Source of the DNA: a bacterium
GTDB taxonomy: Bacteria; Patescibacteriota; Minisyncoccia; Phycocordibacterales; UBA9973
DNA: 48,986 nucleotides
Direction: 5' to 3'
Assembly (NCBI GenBank): GCA_021824345.1
Contig: JAKAKW010000010.1
Coordinates: 1 to 48,986, forward strand
The translations under genes and the position numbers were made by a program. The stretch's first letter is position 1. Each line of letters starts with the position of its first letter. A model generated the notes under the pieces. That model did not search any database and was not told the origin of the DNA. It worked only from the letters and a program-made list of their open reading frames with translations. Positions 37,220 through 47,095 of the stretch are shown one piece after another.

Positions 37220-39064
37220 ATGTCAATTTTGGATTCATTTTTAAGCAGAAACAAGAAGGGGGAAGAACCGAAAGGAACGGCGGATGTTTCCATCATGCCT
37301 GTACTGCCCGAGGAAATATACGAGTCCGCCAAGCTGGAATTGCAGGACATAGTGGCTCCCTCCGCTTTAAAGATCGAGCCTAAATCCATAAACCTTGGAG
37401 ACAAAATCGCCCGCACTTTCTTCATTATTTCCTACCCGCGCTATCTGACCGACAATTGGTTCTCGCCCATAATTAATTTGGACAAGGTGTTTGACGTATC
37501 AATATTCATTGAACCGGTGGACACTTCCATGGCCCTGCGGCAATTTCAGAAGAAAGTGGCCGAGGTGGAAAGCCAGATCAACACCCGCGCGGCCCGCGGA
37601 ATGGTCCGCGATCCCATGCTGGACACCGCTTATCAGGACCTTGAATCCCTGCGGGATAACCTGATTCAAGCGCAAGAAAAGCTGTTTGACGTTTCCGTAT
37701 ATATAACGGTGTACGCCGACAGCGATATGGAGCTTTTCAAAATAGAAAACGAAATAAAATCAATCCTCGAATCAAAGCTGATTTACATAAAACCGGCTCT
37801 TTTCCAGCAGGATACCGGCTTTAAGAGCGTGATACCGATAGGTAATGACGACCTCAAGGTGTATCAAAAGCTTAATTCCGAGCCCCTGTCCAGCATTTTC
37901 CCCTTTATTTCCCTGGACCTGACTTCGGACAAGGGAATATTGTACGGGGTAAACCGGCAAAATTCTTCTTTGGTAATCTTCGACCGTTTTTCCTTGGAAA
38001 ACTACAATTCCGTCACTTTCGCCAAATCCGGATCCGGAAAAAGCTACGCCACGAAGCTGGAGATTCTTCGCTCCCTCATGTTTGACGTGGACGTTATCGT
38101 GATAGACCCGGAAAAAGAATATGAATATCTGGCGGACGCGGTGGGAGGAAGATATTTCAACATCTCTCTTTCCTCGGAACACCATATAAATCCGTTCGAT
38201 CTTCCCATACCGCACGAAGACGAGTCGGCCGAAGACGTATTGCGCTCTAACATCATCAACCTGGTCGGCCTCTTCCGCCTGATGCTCGGAGGGCTTACTC
38301 CTGAAGAGGACGCTCTGGTGGACCGCGCCATTTCCGAGACTTACGCTTTAAAAGATATCACCCCCGATTCGGATTTTTCAAATATCGAGCCTCCGCTTCT
38401 GTCGGATTTTGAAATGGTGCTCGGCGGAATGGAAGGCACCGATTCCGTAATGCAAAGATTGGTTAAATACACAAAGGGTTCGTGGTCCACATTCCTCAAC
38501 AAGCCTTCAAATGTGGATATCAACAAAAAATTCGTGGTGTTTTCCGTAAGAGATATGGAAGACGAGCTGAAACCCGTTGCCATGTACATCGTTATGCACT
38601 ATATTTGGACCGCTGTCCGAAGAAATCTCAAGAAACGCCTTCTGGTGGTGGACGAGGCTTGGTGGATGATGAAATCCGAAGATACCGCCTCTTTTTTGTA
38701 CGGCATCGCAAAACGCGGGCGCAAATATTACCTTGGCTTGGCCACCATTACCCAGGACGTGGCGGACTTTATGCGTTCTCCGTACGGCGTGCCTATCGTT
38801 ACCAACTCCTCAATCCAGCTTTTGTTAAAACAATCTCCATCCACCATAGACGTGGTGGTAAAAACTTTCAACCTAACCGATGAAGAAAAGTATCTTCTGC
38901 TTGAATCAGGCATCGGGGAAGGAATATTTTTCGCCGGGCTCAAGCACGTGGCCATAAAGATCATTTCCTCCTATACCGAAGACCAGATTATAACTTCCGA
39001 TCCGTCCCAGATTCTGTCCATAAAGAAAGCGAAGGAAGAAATGGAAGAGGCGGAAAACAAGTGA
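37220..39064 (+). CDS. VirB4-like T4SS ATPase
   Basis: AKSGSGKS Walker A, VIDPEKEY, INPFD, LLVVDEAW Walker B, KRGRKY, ITQDVADF. Confidence 0.92.
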   Translation: MSILDSFLSRNKKGEEPKGTADVSIMPVLPEEIYESAKLELQDIVAPSALKIEPKSINLGDKIARTFFIISYPRYLTDNWFSPIINLDKVFDVSIFIEPVDTSMALRQFQKKVAEVESQINTRAARGMVRDPMLDTAYQDLESLRDNLIQAQEKLFDVSVYITVYADSDMELFKIENEIKSILESKLIYIKPALFQQDTGFKSVIPIGNDDLKVYQKLNSEPLSSIFPFISLDLTSDKGILYGVNRQNSSLVIFDRFSLENYNSVTFAKSGSGKSYATKLEILRSLMFDVDVIVIDPEKEYEYLADAVGGRYFNISLSSEHHINPFDLPIPHEDESAEDVLRSNIINLVGLFRLMLGGLTPEEDALVDRAISETYALKDITPDSDFSNIEPPLLSDFEMVLGGMEGTDSVMQRLVKYTKGSWSTFLNKPSNVDINKKFVVFSVRDMEDELKPVAMYIVMHYIWTAVRRNLKKRLLVVDEAWWMMKSEDTASFLYGIAKRGRKYYLGLATITQDVADFMRSPYGVPIVTNSSIQLLLKQSPSTIDVVVKTFNLTDEEKYLLLESGIGEGIFFAGLKHVAIKIISSYTEDQIITSDPSQILSIKKAKEEMEEAENK

Positions 39065-39087
39065 TATACTTGTAAAACAAAGGGAAA

Positions 39088-40068
39088 ATGAAAAAAACAC
39101 TGCCAATCATAATTCTCTTCTTGACCGTATTTTTCACCGGGACGGCCGCCCGAGCCCAGGTGCAAAACACGGACATATCCCTGGAAATCACTCCGGCCTA
39201 CCCGGCCCCGAACCAGGATGTCACAGCCGTACTTTCCAGCCAAGCCCTTGATTTGGACAAGGCGCTTATCACCTGGTCGCAGGACGGACAGGATAAACTG
39301 AGCGGAATAGGGAAAAAACAGTTTCAATTCAATACGGGAAGTTTCGGTTCGCCCACTAATATTTCGGCCTCCATAGACACAGTCGGAGGAAACAGCCTGA
39401 TAAAAAGCGTTACCGTCTGGCCGGCGGAAGTGGATATGCTTTATGAAGCCCCGGACGCTTTTGTTCCTCCCTTCTATGAGGGTCTCGCCTTGCCTGCAAG
39501 CCAGAGCCGAATAAAAGTGGTGGCAATCCCGTTCCTTTCCTCCGGAAACGGGCAGACCGGCGGAAGCAATCTGTCTTATACGTGGTCCAAGGACGGCAGG
39601 GGACAGTCTCAAGCCTCCGGCTGGGGAAACAGTTCGTTCACTTTCAACAACAGCTACTTGGATAACGGAAATGCTATTTCCGTGCAAGTATCCGATATAA
39701 CCGGAAACTCCACTGCGGGTGGAACCATAAATATCCAAACAGTCAATCCAAAAATAATCTTCTATTCGAGAGACGAGGTTTTGGGAACGGATTGGCAGGA
39801 AGCGCTGTCGGACGGATTTTCCGTACCTTCCGGAGGCGCCACAATTACCGCAGCCCCGTATTTCTTTTCCGGACCGAACCCCGACTCCTCAAACCTGTCA
39901 TATGCGTGGACATTGAACGGCCAGGCGATTGACACGCCTAGTCCGAAAAATATCCTGTCAGTCAAACCGCAGAGCGGAACCAGCGGAACCGCGGATATCA
40001 AACTGACCATTAATAACATTGGCACGCTTTTCCAAACCATTAGCAAAACTTTAACCGTAAACTTTTAA
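39088..40068 (+). CDS. secreted Ig/PKD-like beta-rich protein
   Basis: Signal peptide ending ARA; repeated LSYTW/LSYAW strands; VPPFYEG. Confidence 0.7.
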   Translation: MKKTLPIIILFLTVFFTGTAARAQVQNTDISLEITPAYPAPNQDVTAVLSSQALDLDKALITWSQDGQDKLSGIGKKQFQFNTGSFGSPTNISASIDTVGGNSLIKSVTVWPAEVDMLYEAPDAFVPPFYEGLALPASQSRIKVVAIPFLSSGNGQTGGSNLSYTWSKDGRGQSQASGWGNSSFTFNNSYLDNGNAISVQVSDITGNSTAGGTINIQTVNPKIIFYSRDEVLGTDWQEALSDGFSVPSGGATITAAPYFFSGPNPDSSNLSYAWTLNGQAIDTPSPKNILSVKPQSGTSGTADIKLTINNIGTLFQTISKTLTVNF

Positions 40069-41952
40069 ATGAAAAAGGCATTTAAAAAAATCTTCGCCTC
40101 CGCTATTTTGCTTCTTCTGGCCACCGGCATGCTTTTGCCGGCAAATTATGCGTTAGCGCAGGATGTATCGCATCCTCTCATAATATCTGCTGGAAAATCC
40201 GGTAATGATATATACGTAACGGCAAAAACTTACAATCTCGGAAATAAATCAATCGTTTTTTCAGCTATTCCATCTACTGGTGTTTCTTTCACTTCCGCAG
40301 ACGGAACAAACCAGCCGTTGTGGGGAAAATGTCAAACTGGAGATACCACTCCAAGCAATTATGTCACTTCTTGTTCCGTATATTTGAAGATCAACAACTC
40401 CGGTACATACAGCGTATCCGCTTCCACAAACTATAATGGCACATTGGATTCAAATACAATCAACGTAGCGATGGGCGCCGACGGCACTGTTACAATAAAT
40501 AATTGTTCCACAGGTGAAACGCCGGATAAAAACGGAGTCTGTGTCCCAGCCACCAGCAAAGGCGTGGCGCTATCTGCCGTGTTGCCAAACAAGGGAACCA
40601 CCCTTGCCCCTGGGCTGGGAGCGACCGTAACAGCCGCTCTTGTGTCAACAGACGGAGAAGCGAAAACTTTCAAATTTTTTACGAATGGAAACGGAACATT
40701 CCAACCTGCAACTTGCGATGTGCCAGCGGTTAAATCAGGACAATCCCAGTCTTGCTCTGTCGTATTCGGGTCAATGGATGAGGGAACATACATGCTTAAT
40801 GCCAATGTATATAAAAAAGGAGACCTCACCGCAAACGGAGCTCTTGGTTATCCTTCGCATGGAGTGGAAGTAACAGTAAAGAGCCCTTATGCAGTAAATA
40901 TAAATGGCTCAACCGCAAGCCCGGAAAGTTGCGCAAGAATGAGTCCGCCGAAAGCTTATGACAGCGCCACAAATCAGTGCGTGGCGACCACAAATATGAC
41001 TTACACCCCGCTGGTCGGCTTGCCCGGCATGCCGGCGGGACAGCCGTATGACACCAGCCAGAAATGTGCGTTCGGCGACTACTTCAATATTGTATTCAAG
41101 GCGATAATAGGCCTTTGCGCAGTATTGGCAATGGTTATGCTGGTGTATGGCGGTATAGAATATATGACCGGGGGAACTATTTCTGAAAAAGAGAACGGCA
41201 AAGGGACGATCACTAACGCCATCCTTGGCCTTCTTATTGTTCTTGGAAGTTACGCCCTGCTTAACACCTTAAATCCCCAGCTCTTGAATGTATGCTTACA
41301 GTTACAACAGCAGACCGTAGTAGTAACGCCCATTCAAGAATTTGAAATAACAGGAGCCCAAAGTTCTTCTTTCAATGCCGCGCCGATCAAAATAAACTTT
41401 GACAAAGACGCTTATCCTGCAGCAAAAGCCGCTTCATTAAAAACCGGAGTAAAAATATCTCTTATACTGGCAATATTCCAACAAGAAACAAACTACGGAA
41501 AAAACGTAGGCGGTTGCAGATATAATGATGTAGCGGCCCAAATGAAACCTACAGAGCAGACCATCTTCGAAAGAATTATGAAAGACATGGGAAAAAATCC
41601 AACTGACGTACCGGTATCTTGCGCCCTAAAATCAGGCGGGGGGTATGCAGGGCACGGAGGAGCAATGGGGCTTGCCCAGGCTCTACCTTCAACCTGGCAG
41701 CAGTATGAAACTGAAGCAAAATCAAATCTTGGAAAATCTGCTCTAGACCCGTGGAATCCGAATGATGCATTGATGTTTATTGGAGTATTTATGAAACATA
41801 ACGGTGGTCTTGAAAGTCCGTACAACGGCGCGTGTAAATACTTCGGGCAATGCAGTTTTGGCGGAGTAGATTACGCTTCACAGGTGGTAGGAAAAATGGC
41901 CAGCCTTGATCAACAAATTGCTGATGAAATCAAAAAAGGGCAAATTAATTAA
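40069..41952 (+). CDS. VirB2/TrbC-like pilin fused to a lytic transglycosylase, with N-terminal Ig-like domains
   Basis: LAMVMLVYGGIEYM...GKGTITNAILGLLIVLGSYALLNTLNP; AIFQQET, GGAMGLAQALPSTW, DPWNPNDA. Confidence 0.8.
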   Translation: MKKAFKKIFASAILLLLATGMLLPANYALAQDVSHPLIISAGKSGNDIYVTAKTYNLGNKSIVFSAIPSTGVSFTSADGTNQPLWGKCQTGDTTPSNYVTSCSVYLKINNSGTYSVSASTNYNGTLDSNTINVAMGADGTVTINNCSTGETPDKNGVCVPATSKGVALSAVLPNKGTTLAPGLGATVTAALVSTDGEAKTFKFFTNGNGTFQPATCDVPAVKSGQSQSCSVVFGSMDEGTYMLNANVYKKGDLTANGALGYPSHGVEVTVKSPYAVNINGSTASPESCARMSPPKAYDSATNQCVATTNMTYTPLVGLPGMPAGQPYDTSQKCAFGDYFNIVFKAIIGLCAVLAMVMLVYGGIEYMTGGTISEKENGKGTITNAILGLLIVLGSYALLNTLNPQLLNVCLQLQQQTVVVTPIQEFEITGAQSSSFNAAPIKINFDKDAYPAAKAASLKTGVKISLILAIFQQETNYGKNVGGCRYNDVAAQMKPTEQTIFERIMKDMGKNPTDVPVSCALKSGGGYAGHGGAMGLAQALPSTWQQYETEAKSNLGKSALDPWNPNDALMFIGVFMKHNGGLESPYNGACKYFGQCSFGGVDYASQVVGKMASLDQQIADEIKKGQIN

Positions 41953-41955
41953 TCC

Positions 41956-43224
41956 ATGAAAACCCGAAACATAATCTTATTGGTAATAGTGCTGGTGCTG
42001 GTCGCCGCGGGGGTGTGGGGATTTCTGCTTTCCCGCCGGCCGAGCGCGAGCCCTTCTTCTTCGGCCGGAGAAAATTTTGTTTCCACTCTTTGGCCGTTTG
42101 GTAATACGAGCCAGAACGCTCCTCAATCCGCGCAAACTCCTCCGGCAAACGTATCCGGATATCAGCCTCCGTCGGGAGGGCAAAACGCTCCGGCGGTAAG
42201 CTTGCGGCAAATATCCAGCATGCCGATTGCCGGCTATGGAGTTTTTATGAAACAGCGCTATGGAGCGGCCGGGACGGAAAATGCGCCATACGTGCGCTAC
42301 GCGGACAGAACAAACGGAAATATTTATCAGACTTTTGCCGATAATATACAAGAGCGCCAATTTTCTCAGACTGAAGTGCCGGGTTTGCATGAAGCTTTGT
42401 TCGGAGGGAGCGGGGAAGACGTAATAATGCGCTACCTGAAAAGCGATCAAGCAACCATAGAAACGTACGACGGAACCGTTCCGTCGGAAGTGTTGGGGGG
42501 AGATACTTCGGCGGCGAACAATCAGCTTACGGGAACCTTTCTGCCGGAAAATATTTCAGAAGTTTCCGTTTCTCCTGACTTTTCAAATATTTTTTATATA
42601 GTTCCTTCCGGTAATGGAGCTGCGGGGGTAACCGCAAGCATGTCGGGAGGTTCAAAAACTCAGATTTTTTCTTCATCCTTCACCGAATGGATGCCCCAAT
42701 GGCCGAACAAAAGAATGATAACGCTGACAACCAAGGCCTCCGGCACGGCAAACGGATATATGTATTCAATAGACCCGTTGACGAAGGATTTTGAAAAAAT
42801 TATTGGGGGAATAAGCGGACTGACCACCCTCACGAGTCCGAGCGGGAGGTTGGTGCTTTATGCGGACAATAATCTTTCCCTTAAAGTATACAATCGAGAT
42901 ACCGGACAGAGCGTATCCATGGGAGTCAATACTTTGCCTGAAAAATGCGTTTGGGGCGGCGCTAATGACGCAATTTACTGCGCTGTGCCGAAGTACGTGC
43001 AAAACGGTTTATACCCGGATGATTGGTACCAGGGAACCGTATCCTTTTCCGATTCAATTTGGAAGCTTGATCCATCAAACGGAAGCACAACCATGATAGC
43101 TGATCCGGGAACGGTGGCGGGGGTAGGGGATGTGGATGCTGTAAATTTAAAGCTTGATCAGAGCGAAAATTATCTTTTCTTCATGGACAAAAAAAGCTCG
43201 TATCTATACGAGCTGGCGCTATAA
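41956..43224 (+). CDS. membrane-anchored beta-propeller-like protein
   Basis: N-terminal TM; VSVSPD, LTSPSG, TLPEKCVW, PDDWYQG...FSDSIW. Confidence 0.7.
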   Translation: MKTRNIILLVIVLVLVAAGVWGFLLSRRPSASPSSSAGENFVSTLWPFGNTSQNAPQSAQTPPANVSGYQPPSGGQNAPAVSLRQISSMPIAGYGVFMKQRYGAAGTENAPYVRYADRTNGNIYQTFADNIQERQFSQTEVPGLHEALFGGSGEDVIMRYLKSDQATIETYDGTVPSEVLGGDTSAANNQLTGTFLPENISEVSVSPDFSNIFYIVPSGNGAAGVTASMSGGSKTQIFSSSFTEWMPQWPNKRMITLTTKASGTANGYMYSIDPLTKDFEKIIGGISGLTTLTSPSGRLVLYADNNLSLKVYNRDTGQSVSMGVNTLPEKCVWGGANDAIYCAVPKYVQNGLYPDDWYQGTVSFSDSIWKLDPSNGSTTMIADPGTVAGVGDVDAVNLKLDQSENYLFFMDKKSSYLYELAL

Positions 43225-43234
43225 ACATATATAA

Positions 43235-43342
43235 AGACCCCGGAACATTTCCGAGCGGGGTGTCTCGCAGGCCGGCGGGCCGAGAGGCAGCGCTGGGCCA
43301 GCAGGCCCAGACAGCGACCCCGCGAGGGAAGTTCCGGGGTCT
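43235..43342. repeat. branched palindromic element between convergent operons
   Basis: AGACCCCGGAAC/GTTCCGGGGTCT arms with inner hairpins. Confidence 0.85.
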
Positions 43343-43356
43343 GTATATTAATTTTT

Positions 43357-43875
43357 TTACAATTCCCCGATATACTTGATCACCACCCGGCGTTCCCGGC
43401 CGGCTCCTTCAGACTCGGTTTTCAAATCCGTCGCGTCTGAAAGAAATTCATGAATCACCCTGCGCTCAAAAGCCGGCATCGGATCCACTTCAATGTTTGA
43501 TTTGAAATATCTGGCCCTTTCCGCCATCATGTGAGCAACAGAGCGCACGTTTTCCACTCTTCTCTTTTGAAATCCGTTTATGTCTATTACTATTCCATAA
43601 TTAGAATTCCCTTCATTTTCGCTTTCTTCTTTTTCTGCGCCTTCCTCCTCCGAAGCTTTTTTCTCCGTTTTTGCGTCTATCATTTTTCGAATCAAATGAT
43701 TAAGAGCGAACACCGCCTCTCCGCTTCTGTCAAAAAAAGGCTTGGGGTTTTCAACTTCCACCGAAAACCAGGTTGCTTTGGACCCGTCCTGCTCTTCCAA
43801 AGATACTCCCGATAGAGGCACGGAAAGCTTTTCAAAAAATTCCCTTATTAAGCTTTGAACATCATTTTTTTCCAT
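43357..43875 (-). CDS. jag: Jag/KhpB (EloR)-like KH+R3H RNA-binding protein
   Basis: IDINGF, PMPAFERRVIHEFL, TESEGAGRERRVVI; downstream of yidC. Confidence 0.88.
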   Translation of the reverse strand: MEKNDVQSLIREFFEKLSVPLSGVSLEEQDGSKATWFSVEVENPKPFFDRSGEAVFALNHLIRKMIDAKTEKKASEEEGAEKEESENEGNSNYGIVIDINGFQKRRVENVRSVAHMMAERARYFKSNIEVDPMPAFERRVIHEFLSDATDLKTESEGAGRERRVVIKYIGEL

Positions 43876-44635
43876 CTTTTTCGCTTTGTTCTTTCAGTCC
43901 CTCATTCCGCGCTTTGTTTTCCGCGTATATTTGCTGGCCTATGATGAAGATATTACTCGTAATCCAGTATAATGCAACCGCGCCGGAAACGCTGTAAGCG
44001 ATAAAGGCCACAACCAAGGGAAAAATGTATTTCATCTGCATGTTCATGCTCTTGGATAGATTTTCTTGAAATGATTTCTTTCCGTCCGGAGATGGTTGGC
44101 TTCCTGCCGGCGAGAGCACCGCGGATTTGGGCATGAAGTGCGCCTGAAAATACTGGGAAACGCCGGCCAAAATGGCCAGAGACAAACTTTTTCCGCCGAT
44201 GTCCGCAATGCCGAGAAAATTAAGGCTGGTATGGGCGGGAGCGTGAACGAAAGGATAAAGGATGGAGCTGTCAAAATTTATTCCTTTTAAAAACACGTAA
44301 TAAAGGGCGAAAATTATGGGCAGTTGAATCAATGTGACCAAGCATCCGGAAAGCGGGTTCACTTTCTTTTCCTTGTAAAGCTCCATGGTCAGCCGGGCTT
44401 GTTCTTCTTTTGATTTTCCGCTTTGTTTTATTTTATTTATTTCCGGCTCCAGCTTCTTCATCTTGATCTGGCTTTCTATGGAGTGCTGGGCGAAGGGAAA
44501 CAGAATAAGCTTTACTATTATAGTAAGCGCAATAATGGCGATTCCGACGTCCGCGCCGGGAATCACTGAAACTAAAAAGGCCAAAGCGTTCAGTAATGGC
44601 CTATACAATACATCATTCCATATTGCCGAGAACAT
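43862..44635 (-). CDS. yidC: YidC/Oxa1 membrane protein insertase
   Basis: AIIALTIIVKLILFP, NPLSGCL..LIQLPI, ALYWITSN. Confidence 0.96.
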   Translation of the reverse strand: MFSAIWNDVLYRPLLNALAFLVSVIPGADVGIAIIALTIIVKLILFPFAQHSIESQIKMKKLEPEINKIKQSGKSKEEQARLTMELYKEKKVNPLSGCLVTLIQLPIIFALYYVFLKGINFDSSILYPFVHAPAHTSLNFLGIADIGGKSLSLAILAGVSQYFQAHFMPKSAVLSPAGSQPSPDGKKSFQENLSKSMNMQMKYIFPLVVAFIAYSVSGAVALYWITSNIFIIGQQIYAENKARNEGLKEQSEKDGKK

Positions 44636-44704
44636 TTCCTTATTCTATACGAAAACGCTGAAAAATCAAAGCTTTATGAATAAAACGCCGTGTTCTGTAT
44701 TTTT

Positions 44705-44914
44705 TTATTTGACTGGGTCTATGCGGTTCTTCTGCCACGGATGGCAGCGCATGATTCGCCAAACTGACTTTAAAGATCCTTTTGCGGGCCCGTATTTTCT
44801 TATTGCCTCCTTTGCGTATTCAGAACAAGTTGGATAAAAAACGCAGGAAGGTTTTTTAAGCGGGCTGATGTATTTTTGATATAAATTTATAAGGCTTATC
44901 AAAAATTTTTTCAT
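44705..44914 (-). CDS. yidD: membrane protein insertion efficiency factor
   Basis: YQKYISP, CVFYPTCSEY, RIMRCHPW. Confidence 0.95.
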   Translation of the reverse strand: MKKFLISLINLYQKYISPLKKPSCVFYPTCSEYAKEAIRKYGPAKGSLKSVWRIMRCHPWQKNRIDPVK

Positions 44915-45234
44915 TTTATTTTTTTCAGGAGAGAATTGATTTCTTTTTCCATGTCTAATTTCGATTTCTTTATCATAAACACCCCCCTGAAACCGTCGGG
45001 GAACAGGGGAAGAAGCTTTCGGGCAGCTGAATATCCTCTTCTTCTCAATAGATTCCGCTCTGTCGCTTTTTTGAAGGCAGATTTGGGCGCTACAAATGAA
45101 ACAGAAATCCCGGAAGCGCGTTTTCCGGGTTCAAATAAATATTTCAAGGACAGGTTGGCGGAACCGGCGAACTTTCCGGCGGAAAATATCTTTTCTACGG
45201 TCTTCCGATCCGCCCGCTGTCGCTTTTGTAGCAT
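44911..45234 (-). CDS. rnpA: ribonuclease P protein component
   Basis: KKATERNLLRRR motif; synteny rpmH-rnpA-yidD-yidC. Confidence 0.88.
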   Translation of the reverse strand: MLQKRQRADRKTVEKIFSAGKFAGSANLSLKYLFEPGKRASGISVSFVAPKSAFKKATERNLLRRRGYSAARKLLPLFPDGFRGVFMIKKSKLDMEKEINSLLKKIK

Positions 45235-45235
45235 T

Positions 45236-45373
45236 TTAAACGGTGGTTGTTTTAGCTCGGCCCTTCCTTCTCCTTCTTTGAATTACTCTCTTTCCATTCT
45301 TCGTCTTTGATCTGGAAAGGAAGCCGTGGGCCTTAGCTCTTTTTCTTTTTTTGGGTTGATATGTCTGCGACAT
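45236..45373 (-). CDS. rpmH: 50S ribosomal protein L34 (not in ORF track)
   Basis: Manual translation [45 protein letters not shown]. Confidence 0.96.
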   Translation of the reverse strand: MSQTYQPKKRKRAKAHGFLSRSKTKNGKRVIQRRRRKGRAKTTTV

Positions 45374-45509
45374 GGGACGAGTATACCATGTTATCAACAG
45401 CTTTTCAACAGAGTTAATAAGTTTTGCTGAATTTTACTAAAAATTTCATTGTAGTATAATCCTTCTTTGAAAGCGAAAGAAAGTTACTAATCTTAACAAT
45501 CCCAAGAGG

Positions 45510-46853
45510 ATGGATACGAAACAATTTTGGAAAAAATGTTTGGCTGAGATAGAAACCGATTTATCAAAGGCTAATTTCAGTACCTGGTTCAAACATACCT
45601 CCATTCTGAAAGAAGAGGGGGGGACGGTGTATCTGGGCGTTCCAAACGAATTCGTTCGGGATTGGCTTAAAAATAAATATCATAAACTCATCACCAGGAC
45701 CATAGCGGAAGGCTTTGAAAATATGCGGGCGGTAGAATATGTGATTACAAAGACCGAACCGCAAAAGGAAGGCGAAGCGATAGGAAAAGAGGTTTTTGTA
45801 AACAGGGAGCTTCCCCTTAAAGACCTGTATATAAACCCCGAGGATAATTTGAACCCGCGCTATCGTTTTGACTCTTTTATCGTCGGATCCTTTAATGAGT
45901 TGGCGCATGCCGCCTCCCAAGCAATCATTGATAATCCCGGCACCAAATACAACCCTTTTTTCGTATACGGAGACACCGGCCTCGGTAAAACGCACCTTCT
46001 TCAGGCCATCGGAAACGCAATAAAGGAAAAGTATCAGAATAAAAAGGTTTATTACATGACGTTGGAAAAGTTTGCCACTGATTTTGTAAATGCCATGCAA
46101 AACAACCGGGCCAATTCATTTAAAGAAAAGCACCGGAAGTACGATCTTTTGATCATAGATGACATCCAATTCATAGATAAGATGGAAAAGATACAGGAAG
46201 AATTGTTCCACACCTTTAATACCTTCCATGAAAGCAGCAAGCAGATAATATTTTCCTCGGACAAGCATCCAAATTTCATTCCGGGTTTGGCGGACCGTTT
46301 AAAATCAAGGTTTTCTGCCGGCATGATAGTGGATATATCCAGGCCGGATTATGAGTCCAGGCTGGCCATATTGAAGATGAGGGCTAAAGAAAGCGGTTTG
46401 CCATTGGAAGAACCGGTACTGAAATACATAGCCGAATCCATAGAAGGGAATGTCAGAGAGCTTGAAGGAAACTTAAACGCTGTGGTGTGCCAATATCAGC
46501 TTAAAAACAAGCCTATCTCCCTCCTGGAAGCCAAAAACCTCATTAAAAACAACATTAGGCCAAAAAAGAACGTGGCAGTAAAGGATGTGGTAAAGGTCGT
46601 AAGCGAACACTACAACTTGGATGAAGCGTCCATTTACGACAAAACCAGAAGAAAAGAAATTGTCCGGGCAAGGCAGGTTGTGATGTATTTATTAAGAGAG
46701 GATTTTAACGTTTCCTACCCGATGATAGGCCAGAAGCTCGGGGGAAAAGATCACACTACGGTTATCCATTCTTATGAAAAAATAAAAAAGGACTTGAAAG
46801 AAGACGCCCAGCTTTTGCAAGAAATAGAAAACATAAGAGTGATGTTTAAATAG
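45510..46853 (+). CDS. dnaA: chromosomal replication initiator DnaA
   Basis: LNPRYRFDSFIVG, GDTGLGKTHL, IDDIQF, RLKSRF, GKDHTTVIH. Confidence 0.98.
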   Translation: MDTKQFWKKCLAEIETDLSKANFSTWFKHTSILKEEGGTVYLGVPNEFVRDWLKNKYHKLITRTIAEGFENMRAVEYVITKTEPQKEGEAIGKEVFVNRELPLKDLYINPEDNLNPRYRFDSFIVGSFNELAHAASQAIIDNPGTKYNPFFVYGDTGLGKTHLLQAIGNAIKEKYQNKKVYYMTLEKFATDFVNAMQNNRANSFKEKHRKYDLLIIDDIQFIDKMEKIQEELFHTFNTFHESSKQIIFSSDKHPNFIPGLADRLKSRFSAGMIVDISRPDYESRLAILKMRAKESGLPLEEPVLKYIAESIEGNVRELEGNLNAVVCQYQLKNKPISLLEAKNLIKNNIRPKKNVAVKDVVKVVSEHYNLDEASIYDKTRRKEIVRARQVVMYLLREDFNVSYPMIGQKLGGKDHTTVIHSYEKIKKDLKEDAQLLQEIENIRVMFK

Positions 46854-47095
46854 TGTTCATATCGCTGTTGAAAAACGACAAGAAAAGGATTGATAACTTG
46901 GTTATAAAACGAACAAAAAATTTATTGTAAAGAAAAAGTTGAATTTTAAACACATCATAAAAATAGTTATCAATAGATAATTAAAACGAGTTTTTCCAAA
47001 ATACCCTTTTAAAATAAACATTATCAAACGATATCCACATATCCACACACTTAATAATATTAATAGAATTTTATAAATATAAATTATAAACAACT
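46854..47095. other. probable oriC (dnaA-dnaN intergenic region)
   Basis: Very AT-rich; tandem ATATCCACA (47032-47048), TTATCAAT/TTATCAAA-type degenerate boxes; TTATCAACA also upstream of dnaA (45391). Confidence 0.7.
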
